Origin: Epithemia pelagica
Lineage: Eukaryota; Protista; Bacillariophyta
Reading direction: 5' to 3'
Assembly: GCA_946965045.2 (NCBI GenBank)
Contig: OX337235.1
Location: 3,748,028-3,812,027 of the forward strand
DNA length: 64,000 bases
Notes under the pieces: generated by a model
The model's input: the letters and a program-made list of their open reading frames with translations, nothing else
What the model was told of the DNA's origin: nothing
The model's database searches: none
Part shown: positions 41,504 to 54,744 of the stretch, piece by piece
How the letters are laid out: every line of letters starts with the position of its first letter
Numbering within the stretch: position 1 is the first letter of the stretch
Translations under genes and position numbers: made by a program

Positions 41504-42329
41504 AATGTGCAACAGCTTGCACGGCCAAGGGCCCGGAAACTATATCATGAGCCATTATACTCTCATACAATACAGGAGATCGTGGCAGTTCTTAATTACA
41601 TTATGATTCATATATTTTTAGGTTAAGTTATTCGACAGCAAGTTCTTACATGTTTGAAGCACCACCTTATAGCATACGACCGCACATGAATTTCTTTCCG
41701 ATGCGATGGCGTCTGTGACAGTCGAACCCATCCGCCATGGTCAGCTATCCTTGTAGCAAATAATGAGATGTTACAGCGTCTGCTGTCATTTCTGGCAATC
41801 ACACTTGGGTGGATGGCCATGGTACCGCTCCTCTCTTTGGTGTTGAACACTCTCTGGGCTTGAATAGAATGAATCATCTTTCGACGGTTTTTGATGGTCT
41901 CGTTGCATCTTTGGGACGTGGAAGGAACGGCCTGAATTGTGTCTCGATCGAAAGCATTCATTCGTTCCAATTTCTGGAAATTGCCAGAAAGAGAACCAAA
42001 CGGGATGCCTCTTCAAACGGGATGCCTCTTGTGCATGCGAGGATTTTGTTGTTTTGGTGCTGCTGGTGGATAGAGAATCCTGATTTTACAGCTCTTGCCG
42101 TGCTCTCCTTCATGATAGAGTTTTTGGGTGTTGTTGTCATTATTGTAGCGCAATCGAAGGACTGTGTGGTCTTTACTCCTTGGCTCCATGAACTTTGCTC
42201 GCTTCCACCGCGCACCATGAGAGTCTCCATATCTGTCCGTGCCTTGGTTTGGCGTGTGGCTCCTATGTTCGATGAATCGCGGACAAAATGACGAAACGGG
42301 CGGATCCAAAGGTCCGATGCTGATGCATC

Positions 42330-43677
42330 ATACCAAATGGGCATTGTAGATGTCGTTGTAGTGGTGCCATTGTCGCTTTTGACTCGTGTTTTGTTCTTAT
42401 GAAGGGTCATCGTTGGTTCCTCTTTCTTGGTGTCAATGTCTTTGCGGAGCCCCAAATCTGTCGACGCGGTAAATATAAGGCGATGCTACAATTCCCAAGG
42501 CCGTGCTGGTGGTGGCCCTTGTTCCAAATAACCGACTGGTTGTGGTTGTTGTCATTTGGTCTACAAGTTATTGATGCGTCGATCGAAACCATTCATTTGC
42601 TAATATCGAAAATAGCAAGAAGGAGGACAAAAAGGATGCCTGTTGTGCATGTGACGTTTGTTGTTGTTGTCGTTGCTGGTGGGTGTAGTCGTCATCATCG
42701 TAGTGCAATCGAGTGACTACACGGTTTGCACCTGTCCGCCACAAACCATGGGTTTTGACATTTGTTGGTGTTCCTTATTTTGGCTTGGTTCATGGTCGTG
42801 TCCGATGAATCCGACAAAAGAACGTCTCCACACTTCTCCTCCCCTTGCAATCAACATTGCCATTGAACGATCATGTGTGGGGAAACCGAAGTGCATGGTT
42901 GGTGTGTAGAGGACGGATCATCACCACTGCACTTTTGTGTTGATGATTGAGTAAGGTACTGGCGGAGGATTCTGGTTATCATGATGGCTTTTCGCGGTCC
43001 GTGCAAGGGTGCTTCTTCTTGGAAATCCTGGGGCGACAACGCGATCCTTTTCTTTGATTCATTCTTCAGTACTCCAATCGGACGAGGAGGGAGTGGAACT
43101 GTGCTCGGTACTTCGATCCGTAGCGTTGCGTTCCTCGTCATCGGCGCGATTCAATCCTAGGTCCGACTTGAAGCCTCTTGGAGCATTCGATGCGAACATG
43201 ACGTCGCTATTCATCGGAAAATTTGTCGCTCTCCCCCAAGCAGTGCCGTCATAGATATTTCGGCTCCCCGCAAGGCGATTGCAGGTGGCTTTTCCACGCC
43301 ATTCTGGTTTCGTCAACGCAAATTCAAACCTTCTTCTTCACCATTGACGGGTGATCCGTCGAGATGATTCTTTGCACCGACCGTGCAAAAGATACGCACA
43401 GAGCGCAAAAAGATATTGGGATTTTGGGGGGGGGGTGAACTCAAAAGAGGGCATGTTCGCCCCCCTTTCATGAACGGCGCGATCAATGATCGACCGTCCG
43501 TCCTCCGTACGTGGTGGAGTGGATATAACTCGAGTTCACCATGACCATGACACTGAAAGAAAAACCAGGAGAGTCGTCGTGGCTTTTCGTATCGAGTGAT
43601 CGTTACATATGAAACAAGACGAGACAGAAAAGAGCAGAGCCTGTGGATCTGGACAAGACGTTCTGGTGATTGTTCGA
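42330..43677 (+). repeat. 1.35-kb direct repeat, copy 1
   Basis: Near-identical to 47706-49052 (a few substitutions and a 1-nt poly-G difference); a diverged relative lies at ~57040-57370. Confidence 0.93.
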
Positions 43678-44666
43678 AAGTGACCCACATTGCCGAGCTC
43701 AAACGCTTGTATCGCGTTCGGCTTACAGGAATGATTCACCAAGTAGGCGGGAGACTCAAACAGTGCCGTTCCAAGAATACCATCATCTATTGTTGTATTT
43801 GTATTGCTTCGGTTGGCAGTAGTGACAGAGAATGCGTTGGCCTTGACGCGTGAAAGAGCTTGTTGAATCAAATGAGGATTGGGCATGACACCTTCCCATT
43901 GATCTAATGCCGCCTGTGCAAGCATAAAGACGGTGAAGATGACCGCTTGTTCATGAATTTGAGCATTGTCGTTGCTTGCTACACGTCTGTCGTCATTCGC
44001 CTGAGGTACCATATCCATTACATCCTCCCAATTATTTAACGCAATGACCGATTTTTTCTCCTCTATTCCAACCTTCTTGATTCTGAGCTTTGATCCTTTG
44101 AAGCTGTAGAAAAGCAATCGGTATACATGAAGAGCCGTCGGAAAAAGTTTGGGGATCCGACCTTGCTGTAAAACCCGGACAATCGCATTCTGCTCTTCAT
44201 ACAATCCCAATTGTGTGGCTGTTTTACGGCATTCTTCCGAACAAAGTAGCATTGGATACAACGACGATCCCGACGATGAACTCTCTGTTGTTTTTTCTCG
44301 GCAGGGACGAAAACAAATGGCACAATGTGTTTGGCGTCGAGACTCGAGCAGCACTGGAGGTACCAGGGCCCGAGCCCCTCGGAACAGAGTTTGGTTTCGC
44401 CGAATTGGATCATCATTCATGCTTCCATCCACTGCTTTTCCTTTCCTCTGTTCCACGATTTCTGGCTCTGGATCATGACAACTAGACGACGCAGTAACAG
44501 TTGCCCCTTTGTTCTGCTGCTTCTGGCTGCCCACAACCAACAGACTTGGTCCTCCCATGCATTCTCCCACGGCAATGTCTCGAACAGCACACAGGCCGCG
44601 TCCCTTGGAACGCGTCACATGTCGCACAGCGTAGCATGAATCGTTCTGTTGGTAGCCGTCGTCCAT
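43536..44666 (-). pseudogene. SMYD-like SET-domain gene, 3' truncated at 43677 and fused to repeat sequence
   Basis: KGRGLCAVRDIAVGE, a MYND-like C..C...CSEEC insert and NHSCKPN are present; the terminal E-L/I-x-x-x-Y and post-SET motifs are absent. Confidence 0.75.
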
Positions 44667-45163
44667 GTCATGGCGGAAGTGTCATGCTCAATCAGCTACC
44701 ATAGCTATTGTTACCTCTAGAGAGAGATCTCGTCGTCGTCGTCAACGCGTTCTTCTTGCTCTTTGGCAGCTGTTATTCAGTATGATGTTTTGAGTACAAT
44801 CCTACTATGAATTCTTTGCAGTTCTTGGAAAATGAATGGCTGTATGGCTCTCATGAGACGGAAGACGGAATGACCTCTCCACTTATCGAAGTGGGGCTGA
44901 AAGATTTTCTACTATGAATATTCAAACGAAGCGTTTTACATATATCCCCACAAACGTAGGCTATTCGATCGGCCGTTTGATTCTGGCTATTCTGTGATGA
45001 GGCTGAATTGAATGAGGCCTACAGAGACAGAGGCTCAAGGCCAAACAGAATTCCAATGTCTGGAATTCATTGATCAAAGATCGAAACGAAAATACATTAG
45101 TATTCATTTCGAAAGTCATACCGTATACTGTCCTATCAGAAAGAAGAAAGAATAATCGAAAAT

Positions 45164-47022
45164 ATGTCGAAACAAAACAACGAGAGAATCGGTCTCTCTC
45201 TCAATGGAGGGATTCTTGTAGCTGCAGCAGGAAACGCGGCAATCATGCGGGGCTTCCAGCAGAACAAAATCAAGGTGGACGGTAAGGAAAGACCAGCTTT
45301 GGAAGCTTTCCACTATATGTCTGGCCTCAGCGGAGGGATAATTCCCACCGTACTGTATAGCTATTCCCAGGACGTCGACTCTTCGGAACTCTTGGATGCA
45401 GATAATCGCATCGACGACCCCTCCAAAATCACTCCCGAAGTATTGGAAAGAAGAGCTGAAAATTCAATCTTCGAAAAATTGGTGTCGAGTTTGAGTCTTA
45501 GGGCGATTCCGATGATCATATACGGACTATTTTCCATGAATCTTGATGCGATTTGGACATTGACGCTTTGGTACGGATTACTGAGACTGTATGGTATCCA
45601 GAGGAACAAACATATTTTGACCAGCTCGGACGAGGCGAAGGACGACTCGATTCGCCCTCGAGAAGGAATCAAGGCGATTCCATTGGTCAACTTTTCTTTG
45701 GCTGGTGATGCTGAAGACAATGGGAGATCTGGAATTCAGGCTTTTCTAAAAATTTCCTGGAAACTTACCAATTATTTTGGGTTTGGAGAAGGTTTTAAAA
45801 ACTACCCAAAAGATGACGGATGGCCTGAATACACCAACACTTTTGTTTCTCCCGAGATTATCAGAGACACTGTAGAGGAGTACGGTGGTAGCTTCTTAAT
45901 GCCTTTCGTCGCAAGCCCTACCGAGGTCACCAATTCATGTCTCAAGTCTTCGCCAGGTCCTGACGGAAAAACCTTCGAAGTCAATTCGGTACCCCTCAAA
46001 GAATGGGGCGGCAGCGAAAAGCCCTGCAGCCTCGAGTTCTTGACGGGTATGGGAACGAATTTTCTATCGATGGGGTACGGAATCAACATGGGCGAATTAG
46101 AAGAGACTGAAAATACAGCATTTTTTATGAGAGCTGCTCAAACTCGAAAGGCTCGATTAACACCCGGTGGGGAGGAGAAGGATAGACTATTTTTCGACGG
46201 AGGAAAAGTCGATGGCCTTGGTGTGCCGGCTTTGGTTCAGAGAAAGGTCGGCACAATCATTTCCACAATTTGGCCCCACGAAGGCATCAGATCGTACGCG
46301 GAGCATTACAAGGCAGCGCCCCCGAATGTACCTCTTAAGGAATGGTTGGAGAAGTGCCAAAACCTTGCTCTTGCGGAAATCGCGTCATACTTCGGCTACT
46401 TTTCCAAGAATGCGCCATTTCTTATTTTGAATCGAATGTTCGAAGATGGCACGTATCATCTTGGCAAGTTGAGGGAGAAACTGGACCTGTTGTACGAGGC
46501 GGGATTGCCGCTTGTGGTGACCATGAAAGGTCTCAAGACTGTCGATAATCCATACTGGGGAATTACTGCAGGCGAAACGTTAGATCTCACCATTATCTAT
46601 GTCACTCTCCCGACAAAATTTTCCAAAGATATTCCCGTGGAAAGCGTCCCTCCAGGAAAGAACGAGGATGGAACTTCCAAAGAGATGCTTGACGAAGACG
46701 GAAACTTTACCAACGACGAGTTCAAGCATTTCCCAAACTTGGAAGGCATCAATAACTTCACCTCCAAAACTAAATTCTGGTCTTATCTCAGATATGCAGC
46801 ACTAAGTCGCCGTCAGGCTAACATGACAGGTATGTATAGTCGATCTTTATTCATTTCATTTTATGAATTCTTGTCGCTCACACATGTCTTGAATCGTTGT
46901 TTCCCCTATGTGTCCTATCAGCACACCTTGGTTCGTGGATCGTCAACGAAGCATGGGACGGCCTCACCGTTGATGGAAAGAAGGTGTTCGGGGGATTCAA
47001 GGAAATTCTCGAAAAGGAGTAG
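45164..47022 (+). CDS. cPLA2/lysophospholipase (patatin-fold)-like protein; exons 45164-46829 and 46922-47022; 588 aa
   Basis: GLSGG nucleophile elbow and FDGG motif; GTATGT...CAG 92-nt intron with a CTCAC branch-like site; splicing gives an in-frame end at TAG 47020-47022. Confidence 0.8.
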
Positions 47023-47705
47023 GTTCCAAGATTGCCAATCTTAGTAAGAAAAGAAAACACGGATTCCACGGATTTCGTGTTTACGTTCACATAGATGTAT
47101 TGCCATGAAGAGAATCGGAAAAGTCGGGAATCAAGCGTCGCCTCGCATTATCCACAAGCAATAACCGCGATGTTTCGATCGCTAGGAGGCACGTTAAATT
47201 CAGTTCGTAGACACACCCTAACTCTAAAAAAGACCCCTTTTTTGCAATGTCGTTTTTTCGTGTAACCCCCCCCCCTTCTAGTTCTAAAACGCTTCTGTGA
47301 CGACGTAGGTCGTGAACATGACCAAAGGCATTGGTGGCACACCAAAATCAACTGTATCCATAATCGTGTACGTTCAACCATACAAACTCCACGAGTCAAC
47401 GGACTTTTCATGTTTTGACACCAAGCAACCCGAATCCGTACAATACTTATGCTAACTGAAGCCAAGGCATTCGTCGCTGATACGGTACCTTTTTCGCTTT
47501 TTCTTCGAATGATCATCGGATTTCCTTTGCATTCGACAAAGGTATTGTCCACTACTGCAGCGATCGTCTGCAAAAACGCGATATCGCGTCTTCGTTCTCG
47601 GCGCTTGCTTTTCGTTGTTGTGCTCGTTGGGGCGGGAGACGCTCCATGGAATTCAGGGGTCGGTTTCCCCACGCATCGATCGGGGCGAGACACTCCCGGC
47701 ATCTG

Positions 47706-49052
47706 ATACCAAATGGGCATTGTAGATGTCGTTGTAGTGGTGCCATTGTCGCTTTTGACTCGTGTTTTGTTCTTATGAAGGGTCATCGTTGGTTCCTCTT
47801 TCTTGGTGTCAATGTCTTTGCGGAACCCCAAATCTGTCGACGCGGTAAATATAAGGCGATGCTACAATTCCCAAGGCTGTGCTGGTGGTGGCCCTTGTTC
47901 CAAATAACCGACTGGTTGTGGTTGTTGTCATTTGGTCTACAAGTTATTGATGCGTCGATCGAAACCATTCATTTGCTAATATCGAAAATAGCAAGAAGGA
48001 GGACAAAAAGGATGCCTGTTGTGCATGTGACGTTTGTTGTTGTTGTCGTTGCTGGTGGGTGTAGTCGTCATCATCGTAGTGCAATCGAGTGACTACACGG
48101 TTTGCACCTGTCCGCCACAAACCATGGGTTTTGACATTTGTTGGTGTTCCTTATTTTGGCTTGGTTCATGGTCGTGTCCGATGAATCCGACAAAAGAACG
48201 TCTCCACACTTCTCCTCCCCTTGCAATCAACATTGCCATTGAACGATCATGTGTGGGGAAACCGAAGTGCATGGTTGGTGTGTAGAGGACGGATCATCAC
48301 CACTGCACTTTTGTGTTGATGATTGAGTAAGGTACTGGCGGAGGATTCTGGTTATCATGATGGCTTTTCGCGGTCCGTGCAAGGGTGCTTCTTCTTGGAA
48401 ATCCTGGGGCGACAACGCGATCCTTTTCTTTGATTCATTCTTCAGTACTCCAATCGGACGAGGAGGGAGTGGAACTGTGCTCGGTACTTCGATCCGTAGC
48501 GTTGCGTTCCTCGTCATCGGCGCGATTCAATCCTAGGTCCGACTTGAAGCCTCTTGGAGCATTCGATGCGAACATGACGTCGCCATTCATCGGAAAATTT
48601 GTCGCTCTCCCCCAAGCAGTGCCGTCATAGATATTTCGGCTCCCCGCAAGGCGATTGCAGGTGGCTTTTCCACGCCATTCTGGTTTCGTCAACGCAAATT
48701 CAAACCTTCTTCTTCACCATTGACGGGTGATCCGTCGAGATGATTCTTTGCACCGACCGTGCAAAAGATACGCACAGAGCGCAAAAAGATATTGGGATTT
48801 GGGGGGGGGGTGAACTCAAAAGAGGGCATGTTCGCCCCCCTTTCATGAACGGCGCGATCAATGATCGACCGTCCGTCCTCCGTACGTGGTGGAGTGGATA
48901 TAACTCGAGTTCACCATGACCATGACACTGAAAGAAAAACCAGGAGAGTCGTCGTGGCTTTTCGTATCGAGTGATCGTTACATATGAAACAAGACGAGAC
49001 AGAAAAGAGCAGAGCCTGTGGATCTGGACAAGACGTTCTGGTGATTGTTCGA
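47706..49052 (+). repeat. 1.35-kb direct repeat, copy 2
   Basis: Offset ~5375 from copy 1. Confidence 0.93.
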
Positions 49053-50032
49053 CAGGAAGACGACGTCGAACCAGAACCGTCGTCAAAAAGACAATTTACG
49101 ATGATGAATGTTGCTGTGCTCGTCCGTATGTCTCGAGTTTCCAACCAAAGCATGCAGATTGCAAGGCTGCTCGTCCGTCTCAACCTGCCGGTGCTTCTAG
49201 TAAAACGCACCGAACCAGCTTGCAATGGCCACCGTTTGCATGGCATGCACGGTAGCAAACCATGTCAGCAGCATGAAACAGACCTGGTTTTTGTATTGAA
49301 GCTTGCTGAGAGGCACCACAACGGACAGTACTGACAGTATTAACATTTTAGGGCGACAAAACTGTGCCAGTATCACGACAACGACAGGCACCACAGAATC
49401 ATGCTCGACTCGGATGCGTTCCACCATTGATGGAAGAAGATCCATGTCAACAAAAGCGGCAACAACAGTGTCCTTTTCATGGTGTGCATTCATTCATCAA
49501 GTGCAAGAAGAAGGGAGAAGAAAGGTCCAAGCATTGGAACAATCGTCTCTCAAGTGGCAGATTCACCAGTGAGACCACAGCATGATGACAGGATCATGTT
49601 GTCTGAATCTAAGGGCAACGCACAATGTTGTGGAAGAAGCCATGAAGGTCAATGTGGAATCACACAGGTGGACCTTTTGTCAATGTTGCAGAACCAACAA
49701 GGCCAATGGCCTCTGGCCAAGTACCATCCACAAGTAGCAGGATGGAACAACACCAGGTCGAATCACCTAGTCCAACACTGAGGCCTTTAACTGACGACCA
49801 GCAGTACTCACAGGATGGAACAACACGACACTGCCAACAACAATCGATCGAATCACCGTCGAATTCAAGCAACTTCCTTCCCCGACTTGCAATACTACCC
49901 ATGTCTCTCTTAATCCACGGCCTCTGCAGTCTTGTTGCTTTTTTGTTGGGAACCAACAACCAGACAGACTGTGGAGCGTTTTCATTGCATAATTGTAACA
50001 CGACACTACAGTACTCTACTGCTCATTGCAAG

Positions 50033-50400
50033 TGGCATCCGCAACCACCTCAAACTGACGGAAACAAATCGCACCACAATTCTGTCATTCTTGTTCTGCG
50101 AGTCGTGTGAGGATACCAGAACGTGGATGTCTGTTTCGCCGTGAGGTGTATTATTTCGGTATCCAAAAACCTCCACGGTGGTATTTCGAATGAATTGGAG
50201 GCGTGGTCTTCTTCGTTTTGTGGGACGATTGCGGTCCATATTTGTCTCGACCGCTGGCATCCGCAACAACCTCAAACTGACGGAAACAAATCGCACCACA
50301 ATTCTGTCATTCTTGTTCTGGGGGTCGTGTGAGGATACCAGAACGTGGATGTCTGTCTCGCCGTGAGGTGTATTATTTCGGTATCCAAAAACCTCCACGG
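50033..50400 (+). repeat. 146-bp direct duplication (50033-50178 and 50255-50400) inside a Kelch-cassette upstream block
   Basis: Period 222; the same block occurs at ~20340-20540 (minus), 40000-40170, 54340-54520 and 63780-64000. Confidence 0.88.
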
Positions 50401-50869
50401 GGGTCTTCTGAATTCATAAGGATGCGTGGTCTTCTCCAGTGCGTGACTACATACGGTGTCTCGTAACGAACCTCTTTTTGAGATCCACCCATTTCTTCAA
50501 GTTAGTCCGCACCCATCAGAGCATCACAGGCGCAGAAAACCCACGAACCTCTCACAATACAGTGTGTCTTGGTGAATAGCTTTGATCCACCTTCCCTTAT
50601 TGAAGAAACTACGAGTGATCTATGACTATACGGCAGGGTCATGCCGTATGCCGGACGCCGTAACATTTTCAATTTTCTACTCCAAGCATTCAAGTACGAA
50701 AGCATTGTAAAGATCTAGATTTGATTTCGAAAAGTTGGAATGCCATGCTGACAACAAGGCAGTGGTTTGAGAGCAAAGTGATTATATTCTATAGCTACGC
50801 CATTGTAGGGTAGACATGCAGCGGGTTGTACATTTAAGGCGCGTATTGAACGTGCTTCACTTAGATTTT

Positions 50870-51821
50870 GCTATCGACGTGGTGCAGGATGTCATATTGA
50901 TTTCCCGGATTCCCATTCCTTCCAGAGAATGAAACCATTCGTTTCGATGCTGCTTACAGAGTTGACGAAAGCACTACGTATTGTTGTCCATGAGTCGTAA
51001 TGTCGCACAGGATGGATTACGTCATCCACCAATGACCGCAACTTCATTGGCAGCAGTCACCATACTGCAGTCTTCACGGCCATTTTCGAATGGTGGGAGA
51101 TTCCACATGCGGTTGCGCTTCGTATCCAAGACTTCCACAGTTGGACTTAATCCTCCCGCCACCACCAGACAAGATCCCACGGTAACCATTGCACAAGATT
51201 GTCGTCGGAAGGAAAGTGCCAGATCGGAGTGAGTCGTCCACCCAGGCAAGGAGGAAATGAATGTAGATAGAGTGCCGTGTCTCTCTTCATTGTCACTAGG
51301 TTTTCCACAGTCCAAATACTCTACCGAAGTGTTTGCTGTGGAGCCTCCAAGGACAAAGATGCGGTGACCAATGACCGCACTGGCACACAACACTCGTGGT
51401 ACAGTCATGGTTGGTCCCGCAATGACAGTATGATTTCTCGTATCAACAATATCCACCGACGGCAAAAAACGACCATTGTGTCCACCCATGACAACAATAT
51501 ATCGATTGTGAACCGCAACAGCACTTCATCCTTCTAGAACCGTTGATAAGCGACATGTCAATGTCGTCCAGTGACTCTCATCTGTGGTGCTGTTTGTTAA
51601 CGAAGATTGCACGACATCATGAACATCAATTGGTTCCACACAATCCAACAACGAATAGTAGTTATTGCATCCTCCCATCACGTAGATGCCACCATTACAC
51701 ACAACAGCAGCATGTCTATAACGTTTCTGACTCATAGGCGGTCTTTCTCGCCACTGCTTGTTTGATTCTGCTAAGTTCAATGACAGAACGGAGTCTGTAA
51801 TGCATTGGACTCGTTGCCATC
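50870..51821 (-). pseudogene. Kelch-repeat gene K5, frameshifted; 5' end lost in the gap
   Basis: KQWRERPPM...IYVMGG frame shifts near 51530 into YIVVMGG...VAVIGG; TGG>TAG in the TWCFR motif. Confidence 0.8.
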
Positions 51822-52021
51822 NNNNNNNNNNNNNNNNNNNNNNNNNNNNNNNNNNNNNNNNNNNNNNNNNNNNNNNNNNNNNNNNNNNNNNNNNNNNNNN
51901 NNNNNNNNNNNNNNNNNNNNNNNNNNNNNNNNNNNNNNNNNNNNNNNNNNNNNNNNNNNNNNNNNNNNNNNNNNNNNNNNNNNNNNNNNNNNNNNNNNNN
52001 NNNNNNNNNNNNNNNNNNNNN
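51822..52021. other. Assembly gap (200 N)
   Basis: A run of exactly 200 N; true size and adjacency are unknown. Confidence 1.
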
Positions 52022-53330
52022 TCTTGTTTCAAATTGAGACGATACCATCCATCAGCAAAGGTATTGGTAATGACACCCATGTACCAATATGGACTTTCCC
52101 GAATGTAGCAATCGAGCCCGATACCAACCAGCCTTTTCTCAAAGGTTCTTCGATAGGTGTCTGCAAAGAATTGGACATGCGAATGCGAGCAATAATGGAT
52201 ATCGGAGACAGTGCCGCGACACAATGACCTTCCCTTGCAGGGACACCAATAGCTGAAGAAACCTTTTCCCGCTGCTACCAACGTCACTTTCGGGGAAGCC
52301 GATGATTCCTCGTCCATCGGCTCCAAAAGGCCAAACTATCTGTCGTTGTGCGAGGACGATTCAACGCAGGACGAGCTAACGAAGAATTCATGAACTTGGA
52401 GGATGACGCAAGAGTACCAGGCTCGTTGACGATCGAGATACTGAATAAAGGCTTGGAACGTGGCATCCATGGCTGTCTCCATGTAGTTGCAACATCGTCG
52501 GTACAGAATGAGCTATGCAGCCGATGCAAGACAGGATATACAGCTTGACTCAACAATCGACGCGACACCAATTGCAAGGCATGTGCATGACGCAATGTCT
52601 GGTATACCCAGTTCGCTAGCGCATCACGTGCCATCCATTCCATGGCAGACAAATTCTGCTCTCCACTGTCGCCATTGTGGTGCTATAACAAAGGCTTGAA
52701 GGATTTGCTCCAATGTCCCTTGTTGCGAATCGAATTCTTGATCATGTCCACATATGATGCAATCCGCATCGAATCGATAGAACTCGATCAAAACATGAGA
52801 GTGTCGAGCGCGTGCGAAAGGTCGACCATGCCTCACTCACGAGATCGACAAAATTGGACCCAGTCGTTTTTGTGGTGGTTGATGGAGTTTGTGCTGGTGG
52901 TGGTGTCGCTGTTAACTCGTGTTGGGTACTCATTGGTTCTTCTCATGTCTTGTTGACACTCAAGGCTTGACTCAAGGCTTTGCGCTTTGCCTCCACTCGC
53001 AGAAGCGAACCGCACGTTCGCGAGCTTGAGCTTGGTCCATTGTGTATTTTGCTGCAGTGCTTTTGCCAGTGCTTTGACTCCTTCATCTCCAACGTTCATT
53101 GAATCAAGCTTCAAGTGCTGCCAAACAGGATTGTTGTTCAAAGCGCGAACCAGTGTTTTCCACCCAATAGATCCAAAATCGCATTCCAAATCGACAACTT
53201 GTCGCAGGATGGATTCGTAACAGAGCATTTGCCAACATAACTTCTATTGCGTTATCCAGGGCTTTTAATACGCCACGGAATCTCAGTTCGTGACATGGAG
53301 TAGTGGGTTTGACAAATGCACGGGTGAACA
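52022..53330 (-). pseudogene. Degenerate gene with ribonuclease-inhibitor-like LRRs at the 5' end and a Tudor-like segment at the 3' end
   Basis: ALNNNPVWQHLKLDSMNVGDEGVKALAKALQQNTQWTKLKL LRR pattern; LVGIGLDCYIRESPYWYMGVI...WYRLNL; paralogous to 7640-8530. Confidence 0.55.
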
Positions 53331-54744
53331 CTTAAATGCCCTCGTCACCGATATCCGCATGGGCGAACCACAGTCCCCGTCCCCGTTTCACTTGATTGCA
53401 AGAGGTCCGTGCAACGGTTCACATTTTTCGATAGATACTCTCCAGAGGGCTTTAGATTCGTTTTACATTATCAGTAGAGTGTGAAGAAAAGGATTCTCCG
53501 ACCGATCAGAAGTATGGGATCCGAAAATGAGGGGCATTCCAAAAGATAAAGTGGAGGGGCCTGCAGAATGTAGGGGCGGATTCTCGGTTTGGGGGATGTG
53601 GTATCTTTTTCTCGATAGAATCTCGATCCATCTTTCATTCTTCCAAAGATCTTCTTATTATTACGTATGGGTTCTCCCTTGGATCCTCAGCTCTTGACTC
53701 ATGTCTGGGGACGTCAAGCCTTGCTCCTTCGAAAGGCCTTTGAGGTTGACACCTTACTTCGGAATTCTTCTTCGTCGTCATCATCTTTGTCATCCTCCTC
53801 CCATTGTGGTTCGACCAATGGACGATGGACTTTCTGTGACAACAATGGAATGTGTGGTCGTCCCTATAGATCTCAAGTTCCGCTTATCAACCACCCTTCA
53901 TCAAATCACATGCAGATTGCGCAACTATATCAGCACAATAGTACAACCGCATCATGGATTCTTCCATGACTTTTGACGCTCCGCTTGCCGGTGTTTCTAG
54001 CGAAAAAGACACTTGCAAGGGTCCAGTTTGGAATTTGTTTGGCATGCTGTTGTTCTTCGAATAAAAACTCGCTGGGAGACACCACAATGCGCAGTGCTTA
54101 TAGGACGACCCATGACGAAAATTGCAGAAAGATGAGGAATTGGAGGAAATGGACGACAACAATGACAATGACAATAAGGACAACGACAATGACAAACAGG
54201 AACAGTCATTCAAAACACTGAGGCATTGCACCGACGACAAGCAACAACATCAGGTCGAATCACGACAAGCAAGTTCCTTCCCCGACTCAGTCGAATTCGC
54301 CACGGCCTGTGCAGTGTCGTCGCTTGTTATCGAATCGGCATTCGTTGGGAACCAACAACCAGACAGACTGTGAAGCCTTTTCATTGCAGGATTGTTGGAA
54401 CGCGACACTACAGTACTCTACCGCACATTGCAACTGACATCCGCAACAACCACACACACAGACGGTGAATGGAACGAATCGCACCAATTCTGACATTTTT
54501 GTTCTGCGACTCGTGTGAGGATACCACAGTGTGGTCGCCGTGAGGTGTATTTCGGTATCCAAAAAACTTCCACGGTGCCATATTTGTCTCGCGACGAAAG
54601 CTACCCATCGCTAGTGTTCATATCCAATCATTTCGTCAAGTCGGTCGTGCTCCCAGTCCGCACCTTTCAAGGCAGCAGCAAGCACGAACCTCTCATAATA
54701 CAGTGTCTCGATCCTCATCAGTTTTGCAGTCATCGGTTGGAACC

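Noticed and set aside
41600-43500. Numerous 60-165-aa ORFs in Kelch spacer blocks, also at 47148-50400, 56000-57300 and 62900-63950
   Set aside because: Frames are not preserved between paralogous blocks and no domain motifs are present; treated as non-coding or fully decayed.
47702-47711. TGGTATCAGA (canonical Met PBS-like) on the minus strand at the edge of the 1.35-kb repeat, suggesting the repeats are LTRs
   Set aside because: The repeats lack TG/CA ends, PPT and TSD; the shared sequence runs into the motif in both copies; and a diverged relative is part of the Kelch unit.
51526-52326. Apparent Tudor-Kelch fusion ORF
   Set aside because: It is created by translating through the 200-N gap; the paralog at 7640 continues into a different sequence, not Kelch.
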